Position numbers and translations under genes: made by a program. This document shows, piece after piece, positions 52,570 to 64,000 of a stretch of 64,000 bases of DNA (positions within the stretch are counted from its first letter, which is position 1; every line of letters starts with the position of its first letter). Origin of the DNA: Auanema rhodensis (lineage: Eukaryota > Animalia > Nematoda); assembly GCA_964057225.1 (NCBI GenBank), contig OZ059894.1, forward strand, positions 17,856,001 through 17,920,000. Reading direction: 5' to 3'. The notes under the pieces were generated by a model, which was not told where the DNA came from, made no database searches, and was given only the letters and a program-made list of their open reading frames with translations.

Positions 52570-52836
52570 ATGAAATTCTCTATTATTCTTGTCTGCTTTT
52601 TCCTTGTTGTATCTGCATCTTCGGCTTACCTGAAGCCACCACAATATTTCCGTTTCCGTCGTTTAGGAGATGAATTGACTTCAAGTGATGTAAGTTTCTA
52701 TTTTTTTAAATCCTGTGATTTGTTTCTTTAAAAGATTTATTACTAAAAATTTGAGCATTGTTTTCAGCTTCTACGCCAGTATCGAACCCGTCCATTGAGT
52801 CCTGTCATGTACATGGGACTTGGAAAAAAGAAATAG
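52570..52836 (+). CDS. Neuropeptide precursor (62 aa, 2 exons) with signal peptide, dibasic site and C-terminal amidation signal
   Basis: tttcag|tcATG; exon 1 52570-52689, gtaagt...ttttcag intron, exon 2 52768-52836: MKFSIILVCFFLVVSASSA-YLKPPQYFRF-RR-LGDELTSSDLLRQYRTR-PLSPVMYMGL-GKKK*. AATAAA at 52898. Confidence 0.88.
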
Positions 52837-53449
52837 ATCTTCAGAAAGTGAAGGCAGCTCTTTTGATCTCATATAACTTTTGTAATGATGTGTGAACAAT
52901 AAATGGTTTTTCTTTAAAAGTTTAAGTTAATTCTAAGTTTTAATAAAGTCCTCAGGCAAAATTCAAAAAGAGAGAGAGAGAGGAAGAGAATGAAGCAGAT
53001 TAATTCTTGGTACTTAAGTTCAGTGCCACGAAAGGATTAGCGTTAAGGAAGAAAAAACTTTCCAGATTCCCAAGAAATCAATTATTACGATAGAATAAGG
53101 ATGTAGATGAATATAAAAAAATTTATTTATAAAACACATTTGAAAATATATTCATTTTCATACCCAATAAGCCAACGATATGTTTTGAAAGTTTGGTATA
53201 AAAAGATTAAACTTGTGAGAAAGTATTCAGGAAACATAAAGAAAAAACGGAAAATATCACAATTGTTGGGTCACAATATATATTTAAATACATATATATG
53301 TATTATTATTTTACTGAACTAATAGATGTTTTCTTAGTTCAGATATAAACAGAGAAAAATAAAATGTTTTTTTTTCTTTAAAAATGAGAAAATAGATATA
53401 GATAACAACAAGAAACAAGAAATAAAATAGAATTTTAAAAGACAAAATA

Positions 53450-55188
53450 TTAAAACAAATAATATATAAATGAATTTATAATTATGGGAATGATTAAAGA
53501 ATAATTTTGGAACATTAAACTACCAGTAGCTGTGAATTCATCTCTATTACAGTTATCTCCTTCACAAGCACACATTACTTCTTCATACTCGTTTTGCATC
53601 CATTTTCTTGCACAGCCTCGCTGAATCTGTAGAAGAAGATTTGAACGAATGATTGTAATAAATTGAAAAAATATTAATGAGATAAAGGTTTTTAATCAAA
53701 AATCTTTCCAAATAATATTAATTAATTACCATTGATGCATCTGTGACATTTATACATCCTTGCTTTTCTGACATTGATTGGAAGGATGAACCTCTATTCG
53801 GCGAATTTAAGTAATGTCTTTGAGCTGCATAAGTGCAGAAATGTCCTAGAAAACGTTAAATTTAATTAAATTTTTCCATTAAAATTGCCTAATTACCTAT
53901 GCATTTGCTCTGTTTACAAGATGAAGTAACGGAAGTATCTTGTGAATTAATCTCGCAATTCACACAAGAAAACAAAGGCAATGAATCAGATCTGAAAAAG
54001 AAAAATAGTTTCATTTTAATAAATGGAAAAACTTTTTTTTTACTTTGCAAAGAAAAAAAAGTTTTATTTCAGCTTACCCTAATGATCGTGATCGTAACAC
54101 ACCATCTCTAGCCAGAGGTATTCCATAAGTTGGTTTGGCATATGCATTGCACATGTTTGTGGAGCATATACAGTGTCTTCTCGGTTTGCCTGCTCCTCTG
54201 CAAAGCAGTTTTATCAACTTCATATCCCAAAATTAAATTTTACCTGGACATTGTGACACACAGCTTATTACGATATGGAATCAATTCAGGACCTTTGTGG
54301 AAAAAAGGTAAAGCTGGTGGTCCATATCCACAACCAGCAGCACCAGTTGTTGAATCTTCATGACACCTAAGATAAGAATATGAATATTTTTTCCAAAAAA
54401 TATACAAAAACTCACCAATGTCCCTGACATGTATCTCCACATTCTGGATCTCGATCCGTACATTTCCTACATGTAACTTCTCGCCTTTTCAAAGGTCTAA
54501 CATATATATTGTTGTTGCAAAAATTTCCTAAAAAAAATCAGAAAATTAGTTTTATTTTTAATTATAATAATATTATACTAACCGGTACATACACATAATA
54601 TATGATCAGAAAAATTATCATATTCACAACCAAGAAATGTTCGTGGTGAACGACGTAAACAGCCTATAATGAACTGTTAAATGATTTTATAAAGAAAAAT
54701 GATTACAAAACCTTTTGTTATCCGAAAAACACCTTTCTCTTCTGTTGGTTTCTTTTCAATAAAACACTGGTTCGAAGCACATGATCCCATCTAGAAATTT
54801 AGTTATAATAAATTTAAATAATTTGAATTTAAATGCCAAACAGTTGTTTTAATTTATTCAAATTCAAATTTTCACGTAATATTCATTTTCCTCAAAACTT
54901 TCTTTATTTTTGTTTCATTTTCAGACACGGTTGTTTTTTCGTTGTTTTGTTTTTCAAATATTTTTTTAAGATTTTTACTTACTTCCCAAAACAAAGTAAA
55001 ATCTGAATTCCTAACACTCTTACAATAACCATATTTAGCACGTTAAGAAACGATTTAGTTCTAGCAGAAACTCAAATTGTTCACCTATTCATCAAGCAGA
55101 GCAATACCAACAGGAACAATAATTCTTTTGATTCAGTTCTTGGTGGTATTTCAGATCTTGTTTCTGGTATTAGTAATCTGAGTCACAT
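53450..55188 (-). CDS. Secreted, probably GPI-anchored Cys-rich protein with three Ly6/three-finger-like (C-x-C-x3-4-CN-ending) repeats; 5' end uncertain
   Basis: In-frame exons give MGSCASNQCFIEKK...GCLRR...CVCTGNFCN, then VTCRKC...CQGHWCHE...GCGYGPP...HCICSTNMCN, then FSCVNCE...CIGHFC...GCIN...MCACEGDNCN, followed by a hydrophobic terminus (SLIIPIIINSFIYYLF*). A signal-like LLFLLVLLCLM segment lies at ~55090-55125. Confidence 0.8.
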
Positions 55189-58100
55189 ATTGCGAACAAC
55201 TCTCTTTTGGTGTGCAAATGGGGGTGGCCGGAACAAACGGAATCGTAGCCGCAGCGTTTGGTGCATGTAGTGCACTTCCTATTCCATACACCATCATCGA
55301 TTGGTTAAATGAAAGCTGAGAGGAAACTTTTTTTTTTCGAAAATAAATACAAAATATTATTTTGATCAAACACTTTAAATATAAAAAAGTAAATAAAATA
55401 TTTTGTGTAATATTGAAAATCAAGCTACACAGCAGTATGAATTGAGTTTTTCTCAATTATAAAACTAAATGTGTGAAGTTAACGAAATGTTTACACTTAT
55501 ATATTCCCTATGTGCTGACCAAGATATCTTTAATATATATATATTGAGAGAAGCTTTGCCATTTTTAACTGTGGCAAAGAAGATCTTCTAATATAACTAG
55601 CTATGCATCAAACGACTGTCATTATTGGTCATACATATACGTGCATCTCGCCATCTAACGACAAGGCAAATGAGAGAATTCGTCTTCAATTGCTTCAGCA
55701 AGGACAGCAAAAAGCATTGATAAATACACACGGGGTAATTTTGACATTCAATGACAGGCTACTAGACCCAATACAACATACTCTCCAAAAAAGCTTTTTT
55801 TTCGGTTGTCAATGAATATATAAATATTCTTTTTTGAACTTTAGCGTCAACTTTAGCGTCTTGAGGTGATATCTGAGGAGCAAAAGAATGAAAATGAAAA
55901 AAATATTTCGTATGACAACGATTAGGTGATTGCCAATGAAGTATGTACCTGACAGTTGCAATGCTCATTGTGACATGTACCAGAACATGAGTAGCAGTGT
56001 CCCTCTGCTGTTACAAGCGGTAAAGTGGTTTGAATCAGAAATAAACCAAGAAGCAAATTCATCTCTAATACTTTTTCTTAAGAGGTATTGACATCTGAAA
56101 TATAAAAACATGAGAGAAATGTGTGCAGAATTTAGAAATATTCAGAAAATTGGTGATATTTCAAGCAGTCATAACATCGATTGTAGACATATATATATAT
56201 TAAATTTATAATAACAGAGTGAAGAAAAGTAAACCTATTTGCAATACTATGTTATAATTATGTATAAAACAGAGTAAAATGACAAAAGAATATAAAAAAG
56301 AAACAAGAAAATTGATTTTAAGTAAAATATTTTAATGAAAAAATGATTAATAAAAAATAAATTGTATATTTTATATTTTTATAATATTTATATATAAAGT
56401 ATTTATAAATATTTTCAACATAACTTCTTAAAGACAAATAATGAAATGTTGTATACGGCTTTTCCTTCCTTAATTAGTTGTCAAACTCAAATATAGCTAG
56501 AAATAGGTTTTGGTGGAATGTGTTGTACAAATTTCTTGAATAAATCAGAAAATTAGAAGTAAAATCGAAGGATAATCACGGTTGAGATTGAAAATAAAGA
56601 TAAAAGAAAAAATCGGAAAATTAGAGACAGGTGACTAGAACTCGGAGGGGGTCTTCTAGGTTATAAGCAGAAGAACAGGAGCAAAGGGGCAAACATTGGT
56701 TCTACTTACAGCTGCCAACTGTCATACTAGACATAGGCCAAACAGATCTGACTGTGATTAGAAAACGGATAGGATAAAAGGTGGTGGAAAATAAAATATT
56801 TTCACTAATATTCATAAATAGATCACACCCTACTAATGCAAACTTTTCGATAAAGTTTAGCAAGTAATACGAAAAGAAGAGATATTCTCTACCGATGAAT
56901 AAAACAGATGGAATTTGTTATATTTTGTATATTTTTAGTCATTTTGTGTATAATATATAATTCAAAAATATTTAAAACTTAACTAAAGCAATATAGAAAA
57001 CTTTTTTATTTTATTTTCAACGAAATACAATGACAAAATCCAATTTCTATCGGTATAAAATAGGATTTTGACTCGAAATTTCTATGTGTTCTTGAATATA
57101 ACAGTTACTCAACTTTCTTTTACAACTTTTTCAAAAGTTGAACAAGATTTAAAATCAGATAAATTAACTAAAATTCGACACATTTTTTATAAAATGTTTC
57201 AAAGAAACAAAAACTATTGAAAGATACGATTCAATGATAAATGGTAGAAGGCTGTTGCTCAAAGGGTTAACTATCATTACAACCGAATGAATAGACGGGA
57301 TCTAATATTGTGTTCGAATAAGCAGATAGAAGAGATGGGTTAAGATAGTTTTAAGTAATAAAATATATTTAACGTGAAAATTCTATATTCTATAATTATA
57401 CAATTTAAGTTTTAAAGAGTTTAAAAGGCTTCAATTTATTTATATGAAAGAGCATATCAATGAAAAGTTTACTGTTAGGCTGAGCTCCACATTAATTGTT
57501 ATTTTTATTTGAAAAAATGTAAAAAAAGTACAATTAGTCATAAAACATTTAATATATTCAATATAATTTGAACTGCTTAACATTTCTTAAAAGGCATAAA
57601 ATCATTTGTCAGAACATTTTTGTTTAAAGAGAGACATGGATCAGATTCCAACACCTGAGCGATATATGAATGGAATTCAGGACTTTAGCGACACCTTACA
57701 TGAAAATGTATGTGAAGAGAAATCAACATGTAAGCTATGCTTTCATTTATGGTTTTAATTCCAAAGATCCTTTGTTTACTCTTTTTTCAAATTTTCGAAA
57801 AAGAGACATTTGATTGATAGCCAGCTTGAGTTTGAAGAAAGTGGAGTTCTTAAGTATGAACATGAAAGTTGGAAATGAGAAAAAGTGTTAGGAGAAAGAG
57901 AAATAGAGAGATTGAAAGAATAAGAGAATAGAATTGAAGGGTAAATGTGGAATGATTAAAGGGGAAGCCAACCGTTCATTGCCCTGCGCTGCCGAATTCA
58001 GGAATGAACGACTAAGCTGAAGCGTGAACTCAACATTTTAACCTGAGAATCGGTACAGTTCATCCATTTTTTGTTTTTTTTAGAATATCATTTTGACAAA

Positions 58101-60650
58101 TTAAAGTCTGAAGCAGTTTATGGTGAGAAACAAAGAGGTTTACTATACTACTGCAAGAATCAGAATATGTTTTGGAAATGGGAAACGAATCCAAGAAATA
58201 GAACAACACAAATAAAAAAAAAGTCTTCAGAATTAAGAAATTTCAAAATACTGCATAATATTCAATTATTACTGGTAGGCCTAGCAGCTTGTTCATCAGA
58301 TTACAAATGAACTATGAGTATACTGCTATGACCGACTCCGCCTCTTGCTCTAGCATTTAGTTTGTACTGGAACAGGAGGTCCGAGCCTAAAAACTGATGC
58401 TAAAATCTAAAATTTCTCATTCTGTCATTCACTATTTTTCTATTTGAAGAAAATGGCTTTCATTCATTTTATTCGACAGGAGAAATGAAGCAACAAGATA
58501 ATTGAGAACAACACGAATCTCGAATTCCTTCCCACCCACTAATATTCTTGAATTAGTTAAAAAATAGGAAGATATAAAGAAATTTTATAACTTTTATGAA
58601 TTATATTCATTATTATTTTTAGAATAAAGTGATGATATCACTAATAAAATTATAAAACTTCTTAAGTCATTAGAAACAACTTCCAATGTTGTTATTCTGA
58701 ATATGCTGTTGAAGAGATACATATCTTCACGAACAATGTCCTCTATTGGGATCGCGTGTTTCCCGAATCAAATTGAAACAAAGAATCCATGAATACAATC
58801 TCGAAGCTCAACAATTTGACAAAAGCCTACAATTAAAATTCCGGATGTTCTTGAGCTATGGCCTTATCGAAATAGATAGTTGTAGGAATATGAGTTAGTA
58901 CGTAAAATTGAACATAGATATATAATATGAAATATAGTATAAACATAGGTGATTAAGATATTTAAATTTTCTAAATATAGGGTTTTGAGGAATGCGAATG
59001 CCATCCATTCCAGAATACCCTCGAAAACGCTATAACATGAAGAAAAGGATTTAGACATCTTCTCATAGTTCTCTAATACTTTAGAGAGTTTCGAGTTGAA
59101 GAAGAGTTCATACTTCGATGACGACCAACGCGAACGAATTGAAACCAACATTACTCAAATACTATATACTTCAAGAAAAAGAGATACAAAGAGAGATTTT
59201 TCAAAAATAAACATTGAACTGATGGATAGTAGATTTGAATTCAGAATTCTCCTACTACTCTCCTCGCTTCTCCCTTCCATCTTAAGTTCTTTAGCTTGAT
59301 TCCATTGCTGTGAGTCAAATAGGCGTAATGAACCACTGCGAGTCTAGTAGAGCATGTCCAGATTTCTACAAACTTGAGGATTAGTTGACTATATTACAAC
59401 GCAGATTATGAAATGAAATAAATTGATACGAGTTTGATGAAATTGTTTATGTTCAATTTTTCAATATTTCCTCAATGTTACAGGAATTTCAATTTTTCAT
59501 GAATGTTTCAGGAATAGCTACCCAACAGCTTTAACAACTACTCTCATCAGATTTGAGTGCAATATTCACTTTTAAATCCTAGCATACGTCTTGTCATAGA
59601 AGACGCTATGACTATTAAGTCGTAGTAACTTGAGTGTGATATTCGACTGACCAGAAAAGAAAAGCTTCTACTTAATTTTCTATATAAATGTATTTTCAAT
59701 GCTATTTTGCATTTGCGACATCCATAAACTAAAGACGTGAAACCGAAAAAAAGGAAGTTATATGGATATCTGTCATATACTCTTGTTTGACCTTGATTCT
59801 TCCTCTCAAATTTCAATCAGCATGCCAATTGGGGTCTCATAACCAACACGAAGCTTCAAACCTAAAATTTCGACTTTAATTTCTGAATTCCACAATAGAG
59901 AATATTATATTTTATTAAACTGCAGTAAAAATATCATTTTGAAGGAAAATACTTTAAACTCCTCAGTAAGCAATAAGAAACAAAGAATTTATAGGTTAGT
60001 TAGTGGAGATGCATATATGCATGTTTCAATTAACTTTTCACGATTTCCTTTTATGGTGCGTGGCAAATGTTTACGAAAAGCATATGAACTCATAAGAGTC
60101 ATGCCCTCAATAGCTAAACGAGCCCCATTTGGTCAAAATTTCATTTAGTTAGCTAGCTAAGCATCTTGTCTCTTGATGCTATAAGCGGTTTATGGACTGG
60201 GCAGACTTTGCATTGTCTTCTAGATGCTATAGGTTGAGTTGTTTCATATAGTTACAAATGGCAATACTTTTAAACAATAAGCATATTAATTTTTATTCTT
60301 CAGAATAAGAAGAATTTTGTAATATAAAGTATTATATGAATTCACATAGTAGTCCGCTTCCACTAATGTACAACATTTCAACAACCTTCCTGTCGAGTTG
60401 CAAACATTATTGTGCTTCCAAGCGGATAATGCTGGTAAATGAGCATAAAAAGCAGAACATGGTTTGAATAAATGCGCACAACTTGAAACTTAATGTTTTT
60501 AATTCATAAAAAACGAGTATGTTATACATAGAAATAATAGATACAATATACAAAAGAATATGTAGATTATGAGGTACATGGAGATCGTAGTATAAATATA
60601 GTTGATATGAATTTACAGCCGTGTGTGAGTATCTCAATAGTTGAAATAAG

Positions 60651-62587
60651 TTATTTAGGTTGTTTCTTACGAGGCGAAGGAGTAGTAGCCAGAGGATTCT
60701 GAAGATTACAGAATTAGATTCAGTTCGAATCAATTGGAATTCTTTTAAGAAACTTACACCAAAAGCGACGCGTTTTCCGGAAGAATTATCACTAAATGCC
60801 CGATGCCGTCTATCGTTTTTGCCAAACATCGAATACATAGTATCTGAGCATTCTTAAAAAAAACAAAACATAGTAAATTCAAAAACGGAAAATTAACTAA
60901 CCTGACGCTGAATCACTCACATTATCGGTTATAGCACTCATAACTTTTCTCAAGCACTTAGCTTTAGCATAACGTTCAGTCTGTAGGGCATTAGCTCGTA
61001 ATTCGCTTATCTGAAAGATAAACACATGAGCAAAATATTGTATTTTGAAATAACCTTTTCATTCAAAGACTCATTCATACGTGTAAGCTCTTCTATTCTT
61101 CTTAACTTCATATTGTTTTCGTTCTCAAGATGTTCATATTTTTGAGTCAGCTCCTTAGTTTGAAATTGATGTTTCTCTTCCAAAGTTTTAACAGTCATCT
61201 GGATATGATCGTTCTGAAACATTTATAATTAAGAAATTATGTCAAATAACCTAATAGTTCATGAACTTTAATGATTATCATCATAAAAACATAAAAAAGA
61301 AAATTAAACTAAACCAATAAAAATTATGTATAAACAGGTAATGTTAGAACGTACAGCTTTTTTCTCCGTTGTGTTATAAATTTCGTTGACTCTATTCTCA
61401 AAACGATTCGTCATAGTCGTAATGCACTCAAGTTTTTTACGTAACTCTGTATCCATTTGAACGACCTTCAATAAAAGAATATATGATGTTGTTATAAACT
61501 TCAAACAGACTTCTTCCGTACGTTGATCATACTTCTTGGTTATTTCTTGAACCTTTTCTTTTAGTGTCATATTTTCGTCGTTCAAGCCTAAATAATTGAC
61601 AATATGTAGATACATTGAATTAAATGTAAATACTTTTCAACTTTTTGATTTTTTCTTCCAATTCAAGAGCTGTGTGATCCATTTTGCATTGGCGGATACG
61701 CTCTTCTTTACTAAGTTCCTCGAACTTCTCCTGAAGTTCTTGAATTCTGTTTTCTAGCGCCTTTACTTTGTTATTGTTGACATTGTTTTGAATAACCAGC
61801 AAGTCATGCTTCTAAAAAAGAACAAAATAAGCGGAATATTGAAATTTGACTAGCCTTTTTCCAATCAAGGGCCTCATTTTCTTTCTTTTCACTCAACTCC
61901 ACAGATTGATAAACCATTTCCTTGAGCTACATAACAAAATATAACTGCACACATGAAGTTCCTCACCGTGTCAATACATTCTGCCTGTTTCCGAGTGGCT
62001 ATATCTTTTGAAAACAGAATGGCAGCGTTCAAATCAGCATTATCTTTAGCTAAGATTTCGTTTGTTTTCGCTACTCTTGTAGCAGAAACAATATCACCTA
62101 GTAAAACATTGAAAAATGCTTCAGATCCTTGGTTTTGAAGCAAACTCTGGAAAACCTATTTGAAAAGAAGTTTTCACTCAAATTTTACTTTGTAAGTGTT
62201 CATTTTTCTTTCAACATCAACAGTCAATCCATTTTTTGCTAGAGCATTATCACCTACTTGACTCATGTTATCCAATTTACTTAATATTTCAATAGAAGCT
62301 TTAAAAGCTTCATCAACCATATTTCTAAAACAAAGGCTTAATTCAAGAGAGAAGAATAAAACCAACTTAATCTTTATAGATTTTGATTCGTCACCAAAGG
62401 AACTTTCTGGGGACGCAGGTTGATAAGCGGCACTCACTGATCTGAAGTTTATTCGATAACATAGGATTGTAAGACATGAAAACCGTTCAATGTCATCCTG
62501 AAGTCTGCGACGGGCACGGCCGGTAGAAAATCTACCACCTCTAGGATCGTCGAATTCCACCAAAAAATCATCAGCACCTTTACTCAT
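60651..62587 (-). CDS. Coiled-coil protein (~450 aa, 12 exons) with a C-terminal RVxF motif and CDK/NLS-like tail
   Basis: ttctag|aATG SKGADDFLVEF..., then a long E/K/L heptad region (ALENRIQELQEKFEELSKEE, LEEKHQFQTKELTQKYEHLENE), then the tail GKRVAFGNPLATTPSPRKKQPK*. One intron (61812-61854) needs a GC donor. Confidence 0.85.
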
Positions 62588-62871
62588 TCTAGAAGCCCAG
62601 AATTTTGTATTCAGATATTTAAAAAAATGATAGAAAATAAGAATCGACAGACGTTCATAAATCTTTACAATTAACATAAGACAAATATTTATGTGTTCAA
62701 GCACTGGGATCAAAACGAGATCTGAAATGTTGATTATGATAAAGTAGGCCGTTTGGTGGACCTAAACAAAAATGAAACATTGAGAGAGCTATAAGCTCAA
62801 ATATATGTGAAACTCCACTAAATCAAAAAAGCGAATTAATTTTAACTAATTACAGTTAGAAAACATTGAAT

Positions 62872-64000
62872 TCAATCAATAGTTACAATAATTGCAGGTT
62901 CTTCATCAGAATTTTCTAGCTCATCGGATGCTCTATCTTCAGCGCTGTCTTCGCCTAGTACTGATGGTAATTGAACGTCTTCTTCCTCCTCTTCCTGCTC
63001 TTCTTCTACCATTTCTATAACGGCTGCTTCACGTCTTCGTCTATCTTCTTCTTCTTTTTTTTTCTTCTGTGCTTCTCGAATTGCCGCTTCTTCGGCTTCA
63101 ATTTCTATGATACTTTTAGGAGGAGGAATAGCCTTTTGCTGGGCAACAAGCTTAAATAGAACCGCTTACAAGGTACTGAAACATTGTGGTTACCTCATCT
63201 AACTTTTCTTGATTTTCAATATAGAATGCTCTGATCATATCAGGAGATTTGTTTCCCACAATCTCCGCAACAGCGCTGAAGTTTAGTTCATAACGTACCA
63301 AAGCTGAATTAAAATTATGTTATTGCAACAAAGTAAACTAAAGTTACCTAAGAAAGCGAAAAATCGTTCTTTATCCGTCCAGGCAGGTACAACACGTGTT
63401 CTTTCTTTTTTTGGAACATATTCCTTTACGATTTGCCTATAAAATTTCGATTCATAACCAAGTAGTTCTATAAACAAACTTGTATTTTGGAAGATCAGGA
63501 AGTTCACTTTTCATGTTTTCCAATAAATACTCAGTTCGATGGCAACGGATGATAATACGATTAATATACAAATGCAAATCACTGAAAAAAAAAGTATTAC
63601 AGCTTTAATCGGAAAAAAAAGATACTGCATAGTTTTTCGAGTTTTTGACTGTTTAGTGAAAACAACTTCCACGTCAGAATCCATTGGAACCTGAAAAAAA
63701 GTTTAGTATCAAAAGCTTAAAACCAAAACTTGCGTTTTCATTATCACTATCACTTGTTGATTTATTACTACAACACAGTTCTTCAAACTCTCCTACAAGA
63801 TCATCATAGTCTGAACAAACAATATTATTTCGGTGAAAAAGATAGAAAACAAAGAGACCATCAGGGCAAGTATATCCTTTGGTGATTACTTCCTCGCGTA
63901 AAGCAGCAATATAATCAGAAGGCCTCATAGCGTTATTTTTTCTAATAGGGAATGTATTAAATAATGACTCTTACTTAAAGTCATAAAACTTACTCATAAT
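62872..64000 (-). CDS. CoREST/RCOR (SPR-1-like) SANT-domain corepressor, 3' portion; the gene continues beyond the window
   Basis: SANT2-like segment WTDKERFFAFLALVRYELNFSAVAEIVGNKSPDMIRAFY. The exon at the window edge reads IMSKFYDFK|K (SANT1 end-like) across a 33-nt intron (63942-63974). The acidic tail ends IIVTID*. Confidence 0.75.

Noticed and set aside
56632-56664. TGACTAGAACTC as a possible miR-61-like gene
   Set aside because: The hairpin is only about 30 nt and the seed lies on the 5' arm, which does not fit a precursor of this family.
63674-63928. ORF-track start at 63928, implying a SANT-only truncated CoREST
   Set aside because: The frame stays open through a 33-nt intron to an upstream exon at the window edge, so the gene continues outside the window.

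Overview
This is AT-rich eukaryotic genomic DNA, almost certainly from a rhabditid-like nematode. The evidence is many 33-50 nt GT-AG introns, TTTCAG-type acceptors just upstream of start codons (trans-splicing style) and proteins of C. elegans type. The six-frame ORF track is mostly noise, so I assembled the genes by hand across introns. Eleven spliced genes can be supported. On the + strand: a PP1 catalytic subunit (12.2-17.0 kb) and a tiny two-exon neuropeptide precursor (52.6-52.8 kb) that is absent from the ORF track. On the - strand: a small tail-anchored Ser/Thr-rich protein, a divergent sugar-porter MFS protein, the PP2C ppm-1, a GPCR-like multipass protein, a ~1,700-aa beta-solenoid protein with filamentous-haemagglutinin-like repeats, a soluble cytochrome b5, a GPI-type Cys-rich three-repeat protein, a ~450-aa coiled-coil protein with a C-terminal RVxF motif, and the 3' part of a CoREST-like SANT protein. 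The most notable signals are the FHA-like/ankyrin/SxIP giant protein, the neuropeptide precursor, a frame-consistent distal exon chain that could membrane-anchor the PP1, and a phased 7x TACGTG (HRE-like) array upstream of PP1. Also of interest are a diverged ~350-bp duplication and paired miR-44/61/279-family seed sites in the cytochrome b5 3'UTR. No tRNA, rRNA, CRISPR array or intact transposon was recognised. All exon boundaries are manual predictions.
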